Below are positions 30,006 to 48,510 of a stretch of DNA of 64,000 nt, piece by piece (positions within the stretch are counted from its first letter, which is position 1; each line of letters begins with the position of its first letter). The stretch comes from the human T2T-CHM13v2.0 reference genome, Homo sapiens, in assembly GCF_009914755.1 (NCBI RefSeq), contig NC_060935.1, one strand, 5' to 3'. The notes below the pieces were generated by a model. That model saw only the letters and a program-made list of their open reading frames with translations, searched no databases and was not told where the DNA came from. Both the position numbers and the translations under genes were made by a program.

Positions 30006-30769
30006 AGTTCTTTTTTTCCATTTTTTAAAAGAAGTGACGCTTGTCATCATCACTTAATTTTACTTTATGTGGTTAGGAAGACACAAAAAGGAGTCTACAA
30101 CAGGCTGGTAAATGGATGGCATATATGTTCCTGCTTACAGTGCTTACACAGAAAAGCAAACCCTAGGTTTAATAGGGATGCAGCTGCTTGGTATATTATT
30201 ACTTGTTGATATATTTGGTAATGTACATATACCTGTGCATTAGCTCATCTCTCTTCTAGAAATGGGAAGAAATGACAGCAAGAAGCACAATCCTAAGTAT
30301 ATTTAAGGGTATACTGTTTTGCACTCATAATTTTTTAATTCACTAATTCATTTTCCTTTTTTCACAAAAATCCTGTGTCCCTGATCTTGCAATTAAGGAA
30401 ACACCACATTTGTACAAGTTGCACTGCATAGGTTCAGGAAGTACCATTTCCTTATTGCATCAATTTTTCCACAACTTGACATTAATTATCAGTATTCCAG
30501 TTATTTTACATGCCACACAATCATCATCAAGTGATTATTAAATGACAATCATCAGATAAATCCCAACTGAGTGACGTCTACCAAACATCTGGTCAATATT
30601 CCTCGAAATCATCAAAGTTACCGAAACCAAGGCAAATCTCACTGTCATGTGTAAGAGAAACGTGAAGTTTTATGGCTTCTTATGATCTAACCTGTTAAGT
30701 CCTGCAATTTCACTTTCACTCTAGTTTTTTGGTTAAGCCAGTCATCAAGGTTGGCCAAGATTAAAAAAG

Positions 30770-31750
30770 ACAGCAATTAAAAACTTCTGCTCTGTGAGAG
30801 ATCCTTTTAAGAAATTGAAATCACAAGCTACACACTATAGGAAATTATTTGCAAACTACGTAACTGACAACAGAACAGTATCTAGGATACATAAAAAACT
30901 CTCACAGACAATAGTAAAAAACAATTCAATGAGTAAATAATGAAAAGACATAAATCAAAGAAGCCATGCAGATGGAAAATACACATATAAAATATGTTCA
31001 ACATTATTAGGCATTAAGAAAATGCAAATTAAAAAACCGCATGACGTATCACTACAACACCTGTTAGAATGGCTAAATGTAAAAATTTGGGTATCACATG
31101 CTGGGAAGGATGAAGGGAAACTGACTGACTCACAAATTGTTGCTGGTGGAAATATAAAGTTGTACAGCCTCTCTAGAAAATATTTTTGCGGTTTATTTAA
31201 AAAACTCAATATTCAACTACCCGGCAACCCAGCGATTTGATTCCTTGATATCTATTCCACAGAAATGAAAAGTTCGGTTCATACAGAACACTGCACATGA
31301 ATATTTATAGCATCTTTATTCATAGGGGCCCCAAACTGAAAGCAACCTAGATTTCCTGCAACAGGCGGATGGTTAAACATGTTGTAATACATCCATACCA
31401 TGAAATGCTACTCAGTAATAAAAGGAAAAGCAATAAGCTATGGAAGCCTGTAATAACTTGGATGAGGCTCCAAAGATTGATGCCGAGTGAAAAGAAAGCC
31501 AATCCGAAAAGGTCACAAATATATGATGCAATCTATGCAAAATTCTAGAAATGAGAATTGGGTATGGCCAAAACATGGGAACATGAGGGATCTTTGTGAT
31601 GATGCCAATGTTCTGTATCTTTACTGTGATACCCTTATTCTGATATTGTATTGTAGTTTTTCAGGGTGTTACCATCGAAAGGAAACTGGGTAAAGGGTAC
31701 ACAGGTTTTCTCTGTATTATTTCTTAAAACTGCATGTGAATCCAAAATTG
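30770..31750 (+). mobile_element. L1MC/MD-type 3' end
   Basis: Degenerate ORF2 C-terminus (EMQIK...) and 3'UTR. Confidence 0.7.
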
Positions 31751-31752
31751 AA

Positions 31753-31900
31753 TGGGCTGGGAACTAGTGGCTCACACCTGTAATCCCTGCACTCTGGGAG
31801 GCCGAGGCTGTAGAATGGCTTAAGCCCGGAAGTTTGAGATCACTCTGGGCAGCACGACCAGCCACCATCTCTAATAAATAAATGCATAAGTAAATAAATC
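31753..31900 (+). mobile_element. Alu monomer (FLAM/AluJ left arm)
   Basis: GGCTCACACCTGTAATCCC...CATCTCT plus (TAAA)n tail. Confidence 0.75.
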
Positions 31901-32361
31901 AACTGGATGGGAAAAAAGACACAGCATCAGATACAAAGTTTAAAGAGTACAGAGCATATTTTTAAAAGAGATCAAAAATAACTATGTCTAAGGAATTTAT
32001 TTCAGGAACATTGAAGACAGAAAGGAACTATAAAATATCTAAAACAAGAAAACTAAATTGGGAACAGATTATTGCTATTCTGACATGTTCTTTGCATGTT
32101 TGACCAGGAATGGTTATAGTTAAAGGGGAAGTTCAAATGTAGGAACACATTTACTGTGTTAACTTTTATTAACACATACAAAAGAGCCATGTTTTAAGAT
32201 GCCTCCATACAAGTATAAAATAACAGGGAATAAAGAAATGTTAGGAAACATCTGAGATTAATAAGGGAGTAAAAGATTCAATACAGGAAAAATAAAGGAA
32301 AAATAAGGAATTGGTAACCTGCAGTACTGTATTTGTGGGAAAAAAAAATGTTCTTTTTTTG

Positions 32362-32734
<373 letters not shown>

Positions 32735-32899
32735 TCAGTGTTCCCAAAGGAGTGTGTTTATGTGTAACCTAAAAGAAAATATCACAGAATTTTTAAAAAA
32801 TCCAATATGAATGAAAAATGATTTGTAAAAAGTAATCAAGTATGTGAGCAGCTCAGATATGAGGTATAAAATATTGGTTATCTGGAATTGCAGGAAAGA

Positions 32900-33330
32900 G
32901 ACAAAGGGCACAGTCATGAGAGCAAAATAAAAGGGAACGCCTAAGTGAAGAATGAATGAAAAATATCACAGGAGGTCAAAACACTATACAAAATGTGTTT
33001 TGGGCATATAAAGGACAAGAGGTCACCCTTAAGAAGCTTGCAGAGTAAAAATTATAAGAATAAATTATCGACAAATGAAATGGATATTGCTAAAATATTA
33101 AATTAATCCCTTGCTTTCTTGTCTCAGTTTTCACAAAGAAAATAAGGGACAAATGCTACAAACAGACATTAATTTCCCCTGGGAGAGAAAAGAACTATTA
33201 CAGGAAATTGTGATCATGCCAGAACAGGTAATCAAAAATTGTGGTTGAAGCTGTGCACACAAAGAATACAAAAATATTCAATAGCCATTGGCCAGGTAGG
33301 TCTCACTAGTTTTATTTGAAAGATACTGAA
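32900..33330 (+). mobile_element. Possible CR1/L3 ORF2 relic
   Basis: Weak similarity to the CR1 ...AEILN..FVSVFTK motif (GTCTCAGTTTTCACAAAG). Confidence 0.35.
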
Positions 33331-34019
33331 AAAACAAATAACCAAAAAAGCAAAAGGAGCAATGAAGAATAAACTTCCTCCACTGTCAGACTTTTCCTAA
33401 AATCTAATATTTAAAAATACAGACTACTTTTTTTTTAATTGAAAAGATAGGAGATCAGTATAAGGAGCCACTTTCTCTTCTGAAACTCAATTCTATTCCT
33501 ACATAATGTATTCAGTAACAATCATTTTTATAATTATTTGTTATACTTCTGACAAATATATACTCCTGATTTTGGCATTATTTATTAGGAGAACGTTAGG
33601 GGGATGGACAGGACTATATATTCATGTAATTGTATTCCTAGAAATATAAGTTTATGTTATAAAAAATGACTGGAATAAGTAGGACTTCTATTTCAAAAGT
33701 GTAAAACAGCAATATGAAAAAAGGTCAAAATGTTTTATTTACTGTTTTTAAATACCATTTTATAAAATGAGAAAACACACATATACTTTTTTTTTCATTT
33801 AAGGCAAAGGCCTTAATACCCAGAAGTAATTTTGAAGCCAAGAGAAAATAGATTATAGATGTGATGATGGAGTATGAGAATGGAATGTAACCTTCATGCT
33901 GGATTTGTAAAGGAAGATGAAAAATTATCTTCCTGTAACAACATTGAAATTACTATTTGTCTTCAATTCTATACAAATTTATGTAATAGATACCACTACA
34001 GTACCTGGGTTCAAGATGA

Positions 34020-34600
34020 GATGAGTTTAAGATCATTTTATATATTCATTCATTCATTTATTCATTCACTGACTCAATAAATAAATATATGGCCTGCTGT
34101 GTATAATCACTTTTGCCAGTCAAGTGAACACAAGGACAAATAAGTTACAGTCTTTATATTTAAGAATCACATGATGGTGGAGTGATTCATACTTATAAAG
34201 TCACATGAAACAATCTGTTATAGGCAGTTAGATACGGATGTATGAGACACAAATGAGGGCAGTTCCAATTTTGTTTATAGCAAGAAGAGCATCAGGAAAA
34301 GTGTGATAAGGTCAAAATAATTTGTAAGAAGAGGAAGAGTTGAGTAGGTGGGGATAGACCTGGTGGTAGCTTGTGAAGAATATTCTAGGCAGTGGAAGAA
34401 TTGTAGATAATATACATGAATGTAAGACTCAGCAGAGTGCCTTCTAAGAACTGACAGTTGGGCAAATTAACCAGAAGAACCAAGTAAGAGGTAATGGGAG
34501 ACTGAAAACTGAATGACAGAGATAATACTGAAAAGATGTTTTTGATTTCTGACTTATAAGATTCCACGCTTTAGTAATTTGATGTTAAAACTATTGAAGA
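34020..34600 (-). mobile_element. L2 3' end
   Basis: (ATTC)n tail followed by purine-rich L2 body. Confidence 0.6.
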
Positions 34601-35517
34601 TTTTATGATCATTTGTCCTTTGTTAAAACTATTCCACACTGGGAAGCTCTGTGTGGTATAATAAGGATTTCTGATACTGATTTCTACTCTAGTAAATGTG
34701 ATTATTGTTATAGCAATGATCTACTATAAGGTTGTTGCTTTTTTTTTTAAATGAGTGGCCATGTTAATTAATTGTTTTGGAGATGAATAGAGAGTTAAGT
34801 ATTATTTTCTTTCTTAAACATCACTTTCAGGGAAAACACTAAGTAATGTATTCAAGGTCAATGTAAATAAAGAATTTTAGAATAATGATCTGGCTCTTAG
34901 AACATACATGACAGAGGAATTGTTTAGCAAAGTTCATCATTTTTTCCAAGGTTATCTTTGCCATTTAAATATTGATGACTATGCAAAAATAGACCACCTG
35001 TAAAGGAGATTCAGCACACCTGAAAATTAACATAATTTGAATGAAACTAAAATACTTACAAATGCAAGAAAGATCAAACGGTATTTAGTTGCCAATGCTC
35101 ATGTTTACACCATTAAATGTTCTAAATATTCCAAAAGTCTGAATAAAATGTTTATCTAAAGTTGATAAAAATGGTAGGCACATTTAAAAACATGATTTCT
35201 ATTCTAGATTTTCATTCTCAAATGAATCCATTTTTTATCACTTAGCAGTTCTAAGAGTTTGGAGCTAGAATTTGAAAAAATGTAATCGCAGCTAAATTTT
35301 TGAAAGGCTCAATAAAAACTAAAATCATAATCAATTATCAGGGAACATTATTAAAAATCTCATGTTCACTTGGAAAGAAAATATGCTATAATAAAATAAT
35401 ATTCAAAATGAGAAAATTGGGAAAGCAGCATTGTAGGCTTCAGATAGCAAAACAGAGAACAGACTATGAAGTATAGAATACAACTAATACTATTTTAAAA
35501 TGTTATATCAGTAGGTA

Positions 35518-36320
35518 TCTGGGTTGTCTATTTCTGTGTAACAAGTAACTCTAATACTTAGTGGCTTAAAACAACAATTTATTATTATCTTTCTTGATTC
35601 TGTGGGTTACGTGGCCTCAGATGGGCAGTGCACACTGAGGGTCTCTCTTGTGATTGCAGTTAAATGTTCATTGAGGCTGCAGCCATTTGAACCTTGGCTA
35701 TATTTTAAAACCAAATCGGCTTACTCACATGGTTGGCATTAAATGATGATTGCTGGCTCGATGCTTAGGTGAGGCTGTCAACTAGAGCATCTTTATATGA
35801 CCTCTCCAAGTGCCTTGGGGTTTTCACAGTAAGGCAGCTAAATTTGAAGAGTAATATTTCGAGAGTTAACATTCTTAGAGACCCTGGCAGAAGTTTTAAG
35901 GCTTCATATGACTCAGCTTCTGAGACCTTTAAACATCCCATCTACTGCATTTTATTGGTCAAACTAGTCACTAAGGGCAGTGTAGTTTCAAAGGGGAGCA
36001 ATTAAAAGTCTCAAAGGGAGAAGTTTCAAATAATTGTAACTTATTTAATCTAGCCCTATGGTCAAAAGGTTATTTTTTATATTCTTACATGCAAAATGCA
36101 CTCACCTCCTTCTAAAACACTCCCCAAAGTCTCATCTTATTATAGCATCAGGCTCAGACTCAAAGTTCAGGGTCTTGTTATCTAAATCATATCTTGGTCT
36201 GAATGAGGCCCCTAGGTGCGGTTCTTGAGTTTGGCACCTCTCAACCCAAAGTTCTTTGAACTATACAGACTAGTTACCTGATGCTTATATTAATACGTAC
36301 AACATATAGTGGAGAGATAT
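35518..36320 (-). mobile_element. MaLR (MLT1-type) LTR and adjoining sequence
   Basis: TGTGTAACAAGTAACTCTAATACTTAGTGGCTTAAAACAAC and later MLT1 motifs. Confidence 0.6.
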
Positions 36321-36545
36321 TGTAAAGAGGAAAATCAAGAATCGTATTTCTAAAAGCCCTTCCCCCAAACTGGAAGGGAGCCAAGGGACCAAAGAATGAC
36401 TCAAACCAGTCCAGCTTGGTGAGTAGATGTGTCTATAGAACTTACATAGGAGGCACTCCAGGTTGGCAGCAGGATAGCTTTAGAGATCTACCCTGCCTCC
36501 CATTTATAAGCTGCTTTTAAAGTAACTTTCTGGCTCTTTGCCCAC

Positions 36546-36581
<36 letters not shown>

Positions 36582-36783
36582 CGCACGCGCGCGCGTGTGT
36601 GTGTGTTTGTGTGATGGGACTGTTTTCCTTGGTACATTATCTGATGCTCTCTGATATGTTTAGGTTCTCAGAGACACCTGCTCCTCAGCTGGGCACCATG
36701 GCCTGGCTCTCAGCCTGGCCTTCAGGGTTCAGGCAGCAGGCGTACACCCTTTAGTCACCTTGTGGGAGACCCATCCCACTACA
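36321..36783 (-). mobile_element. Solo LTR, probably ERVL class
   Basis: TGTA...TACA termini, 5-bp TSD GATAT/GATGT, 463 bp, GC-richer than flanks; family and orientation tentative. Confidence 0.7.
36546..36606. repeat. (TG)n(CG)n alternating purine-pyrimidine tract
   Basis: About 61 bp of uninterrupted alternation including 10 CpGs. Confidence 0.95.
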
Positions 36784-38658
36784 GATGTAGATAGGATAAC
36801 CTCAATAAATACTCTTATTCCAAAAGGAAGAGGATATGAAGTAAAAGCAATTCTCAAGTTCAGCTGGGCATCTGTCATCCATTTCTATATCCTGGAAAAT
36901 TTTCCACACACCTGTTGGCTCTTCTGGGCTTTTGGTTTGCCCTATGTTGTTATCTTAGGTTTATATCCTATAATTCCAACTGAGTAGCTCTCTTCAGCCT
37001 ATTCTGGTTATCTAATGCTGATTAGAAAATGCTCCAACCTTGAGCCATTCAAAATACCAGAATCTCAATGTTCTATAAGTAGATTTGGCTTGTGTGATAA
37101 AATCAGATTGGAGTCTCGCATAGGGTTATAGCTTGAAGTTTCAAACGTGATTGTGGTTATGTGGTGGCTAAGTCTGTAATCATCTAAAGGCTCAAAGTAT
37201 TAGGAGGCTTCACATGGTCCACTCAACTGATGGGACTGTAATCTATGAGCTATTACAATTTGTCTATAATTCATTTGGTATGTGGTATACTACATATTTA
37301 AAGTGTATTTAAATTTGCCTATTACCTATTACTTTACCCTGAAGTTCTATTCAAAATTCTTCCATCCCTTCTTCTATACATCATACTTCCTTTATTATAT
37401 ATGGATACCTCTTGCTATTCAAATTTCTTATATCCCAGATCTCATTTTTCAAAAGCCAGAAATAAAATATTTAAAAATAATTTTGTATCCATTGCTATTG
37501 AATGCTCACTATAGACATTTAGAAACCAAATAAATTGGACGGTGTGGTATACATATAATGAAATATATACATAAACATATATTAAACACACATAAATAGA
37601 TATGATTAATCAGAAGAAAACTGATTTTCAGTGTGATTCATAACTAACCCCATGTAAAATTTATAAAATATCAACACAAATGATTTGAAGCAATGAAGTC
37701 TTATTATAACATGTTAAAGAATAAAAAGGAATATAATGTGTATGCAACTAACAATATCTACTTAACAATATATAAAACAAAAACATATAAATCAAAGAAG
37801 AAATAGACAACTTTACAATAGTTGGGCATTTCATCCTTCTTTCTTAGTAATTTATCAAATAAATAGAAAGTTAATAAGTATATTAAAGACCTGAAAATCC
37901 TTATGAAATAACTTGACCAAACAGACATTTATAGATGCCAAGAAAAGAAAAATATACATTCTTTTCAAGGGTACATGGAAAACTCACTAAGGTAGACCAT
38001 TTTATGGGATATAAACAAACCTTCAAACATTGAATATAATTAAAACCATAAAATCATAGATGGAGAAAAATCATTCAATATAAGTCAGCATCTTTTCATA
38101 ATAAAAATCCTCAACAGACTAGGCATCAAAGGAACATACCTCACAAAATCTATATATGACAAACCTACCGTGAACATCATACTAACAAGGAAAACGTTGA
38201 AAGCATTTTCCCTGAGAACTAGAACAAGACAAGAATACTCACTTTCACCACTCCTATTCAGCATGGTACTAGAAGTCCTTGCCAGAGTAATCAGGCAGAA
38301 GAAAAAAGTAAAAGGCATTCAAATTGAAAAAGGAGAAGTCAAATTATCTCTGTGTGCTTATGATATAATATTATACCTAGAAAAAACTAAAGACTCTTCA
38401 AAAGATTCCTAGAATTGATAAATGAATTCAATAAAGTTTCAGGATATGAAATGAATAACTGAAACATCAGTAACATTTATATACACCCATAACAATCATG
38501 CTGACAACCAAATTGAGAAGGCAATCTCATTTACAACAACTACAAAAAATAAAATAAAATAAAATAAAAAACCTAAGAACACATTTAACGAAGAAGGTGA
38601 AAGATCTCTATAAGGAAAACTATGAAACAGTGATGAAAGAAATTGTAGATAACACAGA

Positions 38659-39310
<652 letters not shown>

Positions 39311-40604
39311 ACAGACAGACAAATGGGAAAACATCTCATGTCATGGATTGGAATAATCAATAGCATTTAAATGACTATACTTCTGAAAGCAATCTACACA
39401 TTCAATGCACTTCCTGTCAAAATGCCAATGTTATGATTTCAGAGAATTAGAAAAAGTAATCCTAAAATTCACGTAGAACCAAAAACAGCCCAAACAGATC
39501 AAACAATCCTGAACAAAAAGAACAAAGCTGGAGGCATCACATTACCTGACTTCAAATTATATTACAAGGCTATAGTAAACAAAACAGCATGTCACTGGTA
39601 TAAAAATAGATACACAGATCAATGGAACACACTTATAAAGCCAGAAATAAAACCACATACCTACAGCCAACTGACCTTTGAGAAAGTTAACAAAAACATA
39701 TACTTTTCAATATATGGTGCTGGAAAAAATGAATTGCCATATACAGAAGAATGAAAATTGATCCTTATCTCTCACTATATATGAAAATAAACTCAAGATG
39801 GATTAAAAACTTATATGTAAGAACTGAAACTGTAAAAATACTTGAAGAAAAACTAGGGAAAACTCTTCTAGACATTGACCTGGGCAAAGAATTCATGACT
39901 AAGACCTCAAAAGCAAATGCAACAAAAACAGCAATTAACAAATGAAACTTAATAAGACTACAAAAAGCTTCTGCACAGCAAAATAAATAGTCATCAGTGT
40001 GAACAGACAACCTGCAGAATGGGAGAAAATATTTGTATACTGTGCATCCAACAAGGGACTAATATCCAGAATCTAATGGATCTCAAACAACCAAATAACA
40101 ACAACAAAACAAATAACCCCAATAAAAAGTGGGAAAAGGACATGAACAGATAATTTTCAAAGGAAAATATATCAGTGGCCAAAAACCATACTAAAAATGC
40201 TAAACATGAATAATCCCCAGAGAGATGCAAATTAAAACCACAATGAGATATTATTTTATGCCAATTAGAGTGGCTATTTCTAAAAAGACAAAAAATCACA
40301 AATGTTAGCAAGGATGCAAAGAAAAGGGAACACTTTTACACTGTTGGTGGGGATGTAAATTTGTACAACCTTTGTAGAAAACATATGGAGATATTCTTTG
40401 GAGATGTCTCAAAGAACTAAACATAGAACTACTATATGATTCAGTAATCCAACTACTGGATATCTACCCAAAAGAAAATAAATTATTTTATCAAAAAGAT
40501 ACCTGCAGTCATATGTTTATCAAAGCACTATTCACAATAGCAAAGATGTGGAATCAACCTGAGTGTCCATCAATGGGTGATTAAATTAAAAATGTGGGGT
40601 GTGG

Positions 40605-41048
40605 TATATAAAATTATATATGTGTTTCTATGCGTGTGAGTGTATACATACACACACATATACATACATTATATATACACATATATAAATACATATACAT
40701 TCATTATATGTAAATGTATATATGTATATATACACAATGAAATACTACTCAGCCATACAAAGAATGTATGTACATGCATACATATATATGAGTATATGTG
40801 TATATATACATACTTATACATATAATGAATGTATATGTGTGTCTACATACATATACATATGATGTATGTATATGTATTTATATGCGTGTATGTATAATGC
40901 ATGTATATATGTGTATATATTATATTTATAATAAATTAATATAATAGCATATATAAGAAAAAATAAAATAATAAATATAAATGAATAAATAAATATCATA
41001 TAATAAATATGTAATATTATATATGTATATATACACACACAAACACAC
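40605..41048. repeat. (TA/CA/TG)n low-complexity expansion inside L1
   Basis: Mixed dinucleotide and AT-rich repeats. Confidence 0.9.
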
Positions 41049-42071
41049 AATGAAATACTACTCAGCCATACAAAGGAATGAAATCATGTATCTTGCATGA
41101 TGTATCATGTATCATGCAACAACGTGGATGTAACTAGAGGCCATTATTTTAAGTAAAATAACTCAGTACAAGAAAGTCAAATATTGCATGTTCTCACTTA
41201 TAAGTAGTAGCTAAATAATGTATACATGTGGACACAGAGTGTGGGATAATAGATATTGGAAATTTGAAAAAGTGGGGTGTTGGGAGGGGAGTAAAGATGA
41301 GAAATTACTAAATGGGTACAATGTATGTTATTGGGGACAGGGTTACATTAAAATCGCAGACTTTGCCACTACACAATATATTCATGTAACAAAATATCAC
41401 TTGTACCCCCTAAATTTATACAAAATCTATGTTTCTGACTGTAATAAAATTAACTAGAAATTAATAACAAAAAGATATTAACAAAATCTCCAAGTATTTG
41501 AAAATTTCATATAAACACACTATAAATAACCCACGCCCAAAGAGAAACATAAATTTAAAAATATTTTGAATTAAATAAAAATGAAATGACAGCATATCAA
41601 CTTTTGTGGGATTCAACAAAAGCATTGCTTATGGTGAAACCTATAACACTAAATACTTATGTTAGAAAAGACCAAAAGTCCCAATTAAATTCCCTAAGTT
41701 TTCAGTTTAAGAAAATACAAAAGAAAACAAACTTAAACGCAAATCAAACAAAAAAATGAAGATAGCAGAAATCAATAAAATTAAAATTAGAAACAATAAA
41801 ATAAAGAAAATGATGAGGAAACATGTTTTTCTAAGATCAATAAATTGATAATTCTAGCCACACTGAAGAAGAAAAATGAAAGAAAGAGATAATATATACA
41901 AATAACCAATATGAGAAAAGAGAGAGTAGATGTTACTAAAGATTCTCCTGGCGTTAAAGTATAATACAGAAATATTATGAACAACTTCATGTCCACAAAT
42001 TCAACACCTAGGATGAAATGGATAAATTCCTTAAAAAACACAAAATTCTGAAGCTCATTAAAGAGGACATT

Positions 42072-42335
<264 letters not shown>

Positions 42336-44485
42336 AAACATTTTTTAAAAATCATGATAAATGTCTTAGCCAATGAAAATGATAAAAAACTTATATAGAT
42401 TAGAAAGGAATACATAAGATGACTTCTTTACATAGAATTTCCCAAAGTCTACAAAAAATGTAATAGACCTAAAAGCAATTTTTGCAAGAATGCAGTATAC
42501 AAGATCAATATGTAACAATCAATCATAGCTTTATATGCAGTCAGTGAACAACTAGAAATATTTAAATTAGCATTTAAAACCGAACCAAAACCATGAAATA
42601 ATTAACATGCGTTCTCAAAAATATATGCACATTTGTATGCTGCAAAATATAACACATGTTGAGAGATAAAAAGAGCTACATAAATGTAGACTCAGATCTA
42701 CATATTCAGCACAACTCCAGCCCAAATTATTGCATGTTTTTTCTATGACAATGGAAAAGCTAATTTTAAAATTTAGATGAAAATGCAAAGGAATAAGAAT
42801 AGCCATAATATTTTCAATTAAGACAAAAGTTGTGAGATTCATATTACAAGATTTCAAGACATACTACAAAGATATAACAATCAAGAAACTGTGGTATTGG
42901 TGAAAAAATAGGCCCATAAATCAATAGAACAAAGGAGAAAGCTAAGAGAAAGACCCAAATATGGTGAAATGATTTTCAGCAAAATTGCCAAGGTAATTAT
43001 TGAAAAATTAAAGTCTTTTCACCAAATGATACTGGTAACATTCAGCATCTATATGCAAAAAAATAACAAACAAACCTATACTATGTGCTACATACAAAAA
43101 AATCAAAAAGAACAAAAATATGAATATAAACATCTAGAAGATAACAGGAGATAATATACTTATGCAAATATTTTGTCAAAGGACAGGAAAAAGGCACAAA
43201 TCACAAAAAAATTAGACTTCATCAACATTAAAATATCTCCTCATGCAAAGATACTTTTCAAAAAAAGTGAAAAACAACTATATTACTGGGAGAAGATATT
43301 TGCAAAACATATATCTAAAAAAGACTCATCCATAAAATGTAAAGGCCTTTCAAACTCAATAACAAGAAAACAAACTATGAAGAAAACAGCAAAAGATTTG
43401 AAGAGGCATTTTCCAAAGCAATGATATTGCCAGGTTATATTGACACCTGGCAATATCAAGAGGTGGTGAGGGTGTAAGGCAGTTGCAAGTCTCATAAATT
43501 GCTAGTATGCAGAATGGTACAGCTACTTTGGATAATATGTTGGCAGTCTCCTATAAAGTTACCATATGACGCAGAAATATAACTCCTAGATATATTTATT
43601 CAATATAAATGAAAACATATGTCCAGACAAAGCCAGGTTCACAAATGTTTATAATGGTTTTATTTATAATCTCCAAAAACTCAAGGCAACCAAAATGTCC
43701 ACACCAGGTGAATGGACAGAATGTGGTGCAGATACGTAGCAGAATTTTCCTAAGCACAATAATAAAATGAACGAATGGCCAATATGTTAAAGGAAAGAAA
43801 CCATATTATAATGAATGCATGTTTGAATATTCCATGTATCGGCTATTCTGGAAAAGGTAAAACTATAGCTACAAAGAACAGATCAGCGGTTGCCAGGGGC
43901 TGTAGGTGGAGAGAGAGGATTGAATGTAAAGAGGCATGCGGGAATTTTGTGTGTTAGTGGGGTGGCGATGGAAAATCCTTTCTCTTAACTTTGGTAGTGT
44001 TCACATGACTGTGTATGTTTGTTAGAGCATGTAGAAGTGAACATCTAAAAAGAGATGAAACTTGTAGCCTGAAAATTATACCTCAATTAACCAGATATTT
44101 AAAAAATAAATATTGAGTAAATAGTATAGAATGGAAATTTTTGGCTATACTGAGGCCAGGAAAGCAGTATACTTTTAAATACAGGCTAAATGATTTGTGG
44201 TATAGTAGATAATTCTGGTGACAGGAAGCTAAAATTATATTTTTGAAACTAGCACTTTCTAAATGAACCCTTTCATTCTATACAACTATAAATCAAGTTA
44301 AAAATCACAAGCTCAAAATCTGATGGAATTTATCTCAATTCCTAATTACAGGAGAATGATGGTCATATCCAATCTTTTCACTTTTACTAGCATACTTATA
44401 TTCACAGGGTCTTTTACCTCTAGTAGAGAAGAACACTGCAGGTCTTTAGCAGTTTTTCACCAGTACACTGTAAAAAGAATGATGA

Positions 44486-44803
44486 GGCCAGGCACGGTGG
44501 CTCACGCCTGTAATACCAGCACTTTGGGAGGCCGAGGTGGGCCGATCACCAGGTCAGGAGATCGAGACCATCCTGGCTAACACGGTGAAACCCCATCTCT
44601 ACTAAAAAAAAGAAAAAAAAAAATTAGCTGGGTGTGGTGGCGAGTGCCTTTAGTCTCAGCTACTCGGGAGGCTGAGGCAGGAGAATGGCGTGAACCCAGG
44701 AGGCGGAGCTTGCGGTGAGCTGAGGTCGCGCCACTGCACTCCAGCCTGGGTGACAGAGAGAGAGAGATTCCCTATCATAAAAAAAAAAAAGAAAAGAAAA
44801 AAG
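44486..44803 (+). mobile_element. AluY
   Basis: GAATGGCGTGAACC and GGAGCTTGC; perfect 14-bp TSD AAAAAGAATGATGA (44472, 44804). Confidence 0.95.
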
Positions 44804-45015
44804 AAAAAGAATGATGAAAAGTTAGATATTAGTATAGAATTTTGAATTTAGGAACTCCATATTCTCAAAGTATTAAAAGAAATTAAACAATCATCTGTTG
44901 ATCTCAGCATTGTCTACTTTTTGTTATTATTATTAGGCTTGTAATTTGGATATTTTAATAAGAATTGAAATGACAATTTACAAAATAAAATTAATTACTT
45001 TTCACAATTTTTCTT

Positions 45016-48504
<3,489 letters not shown>

Positions 48505-48510
<6 letters not shown>

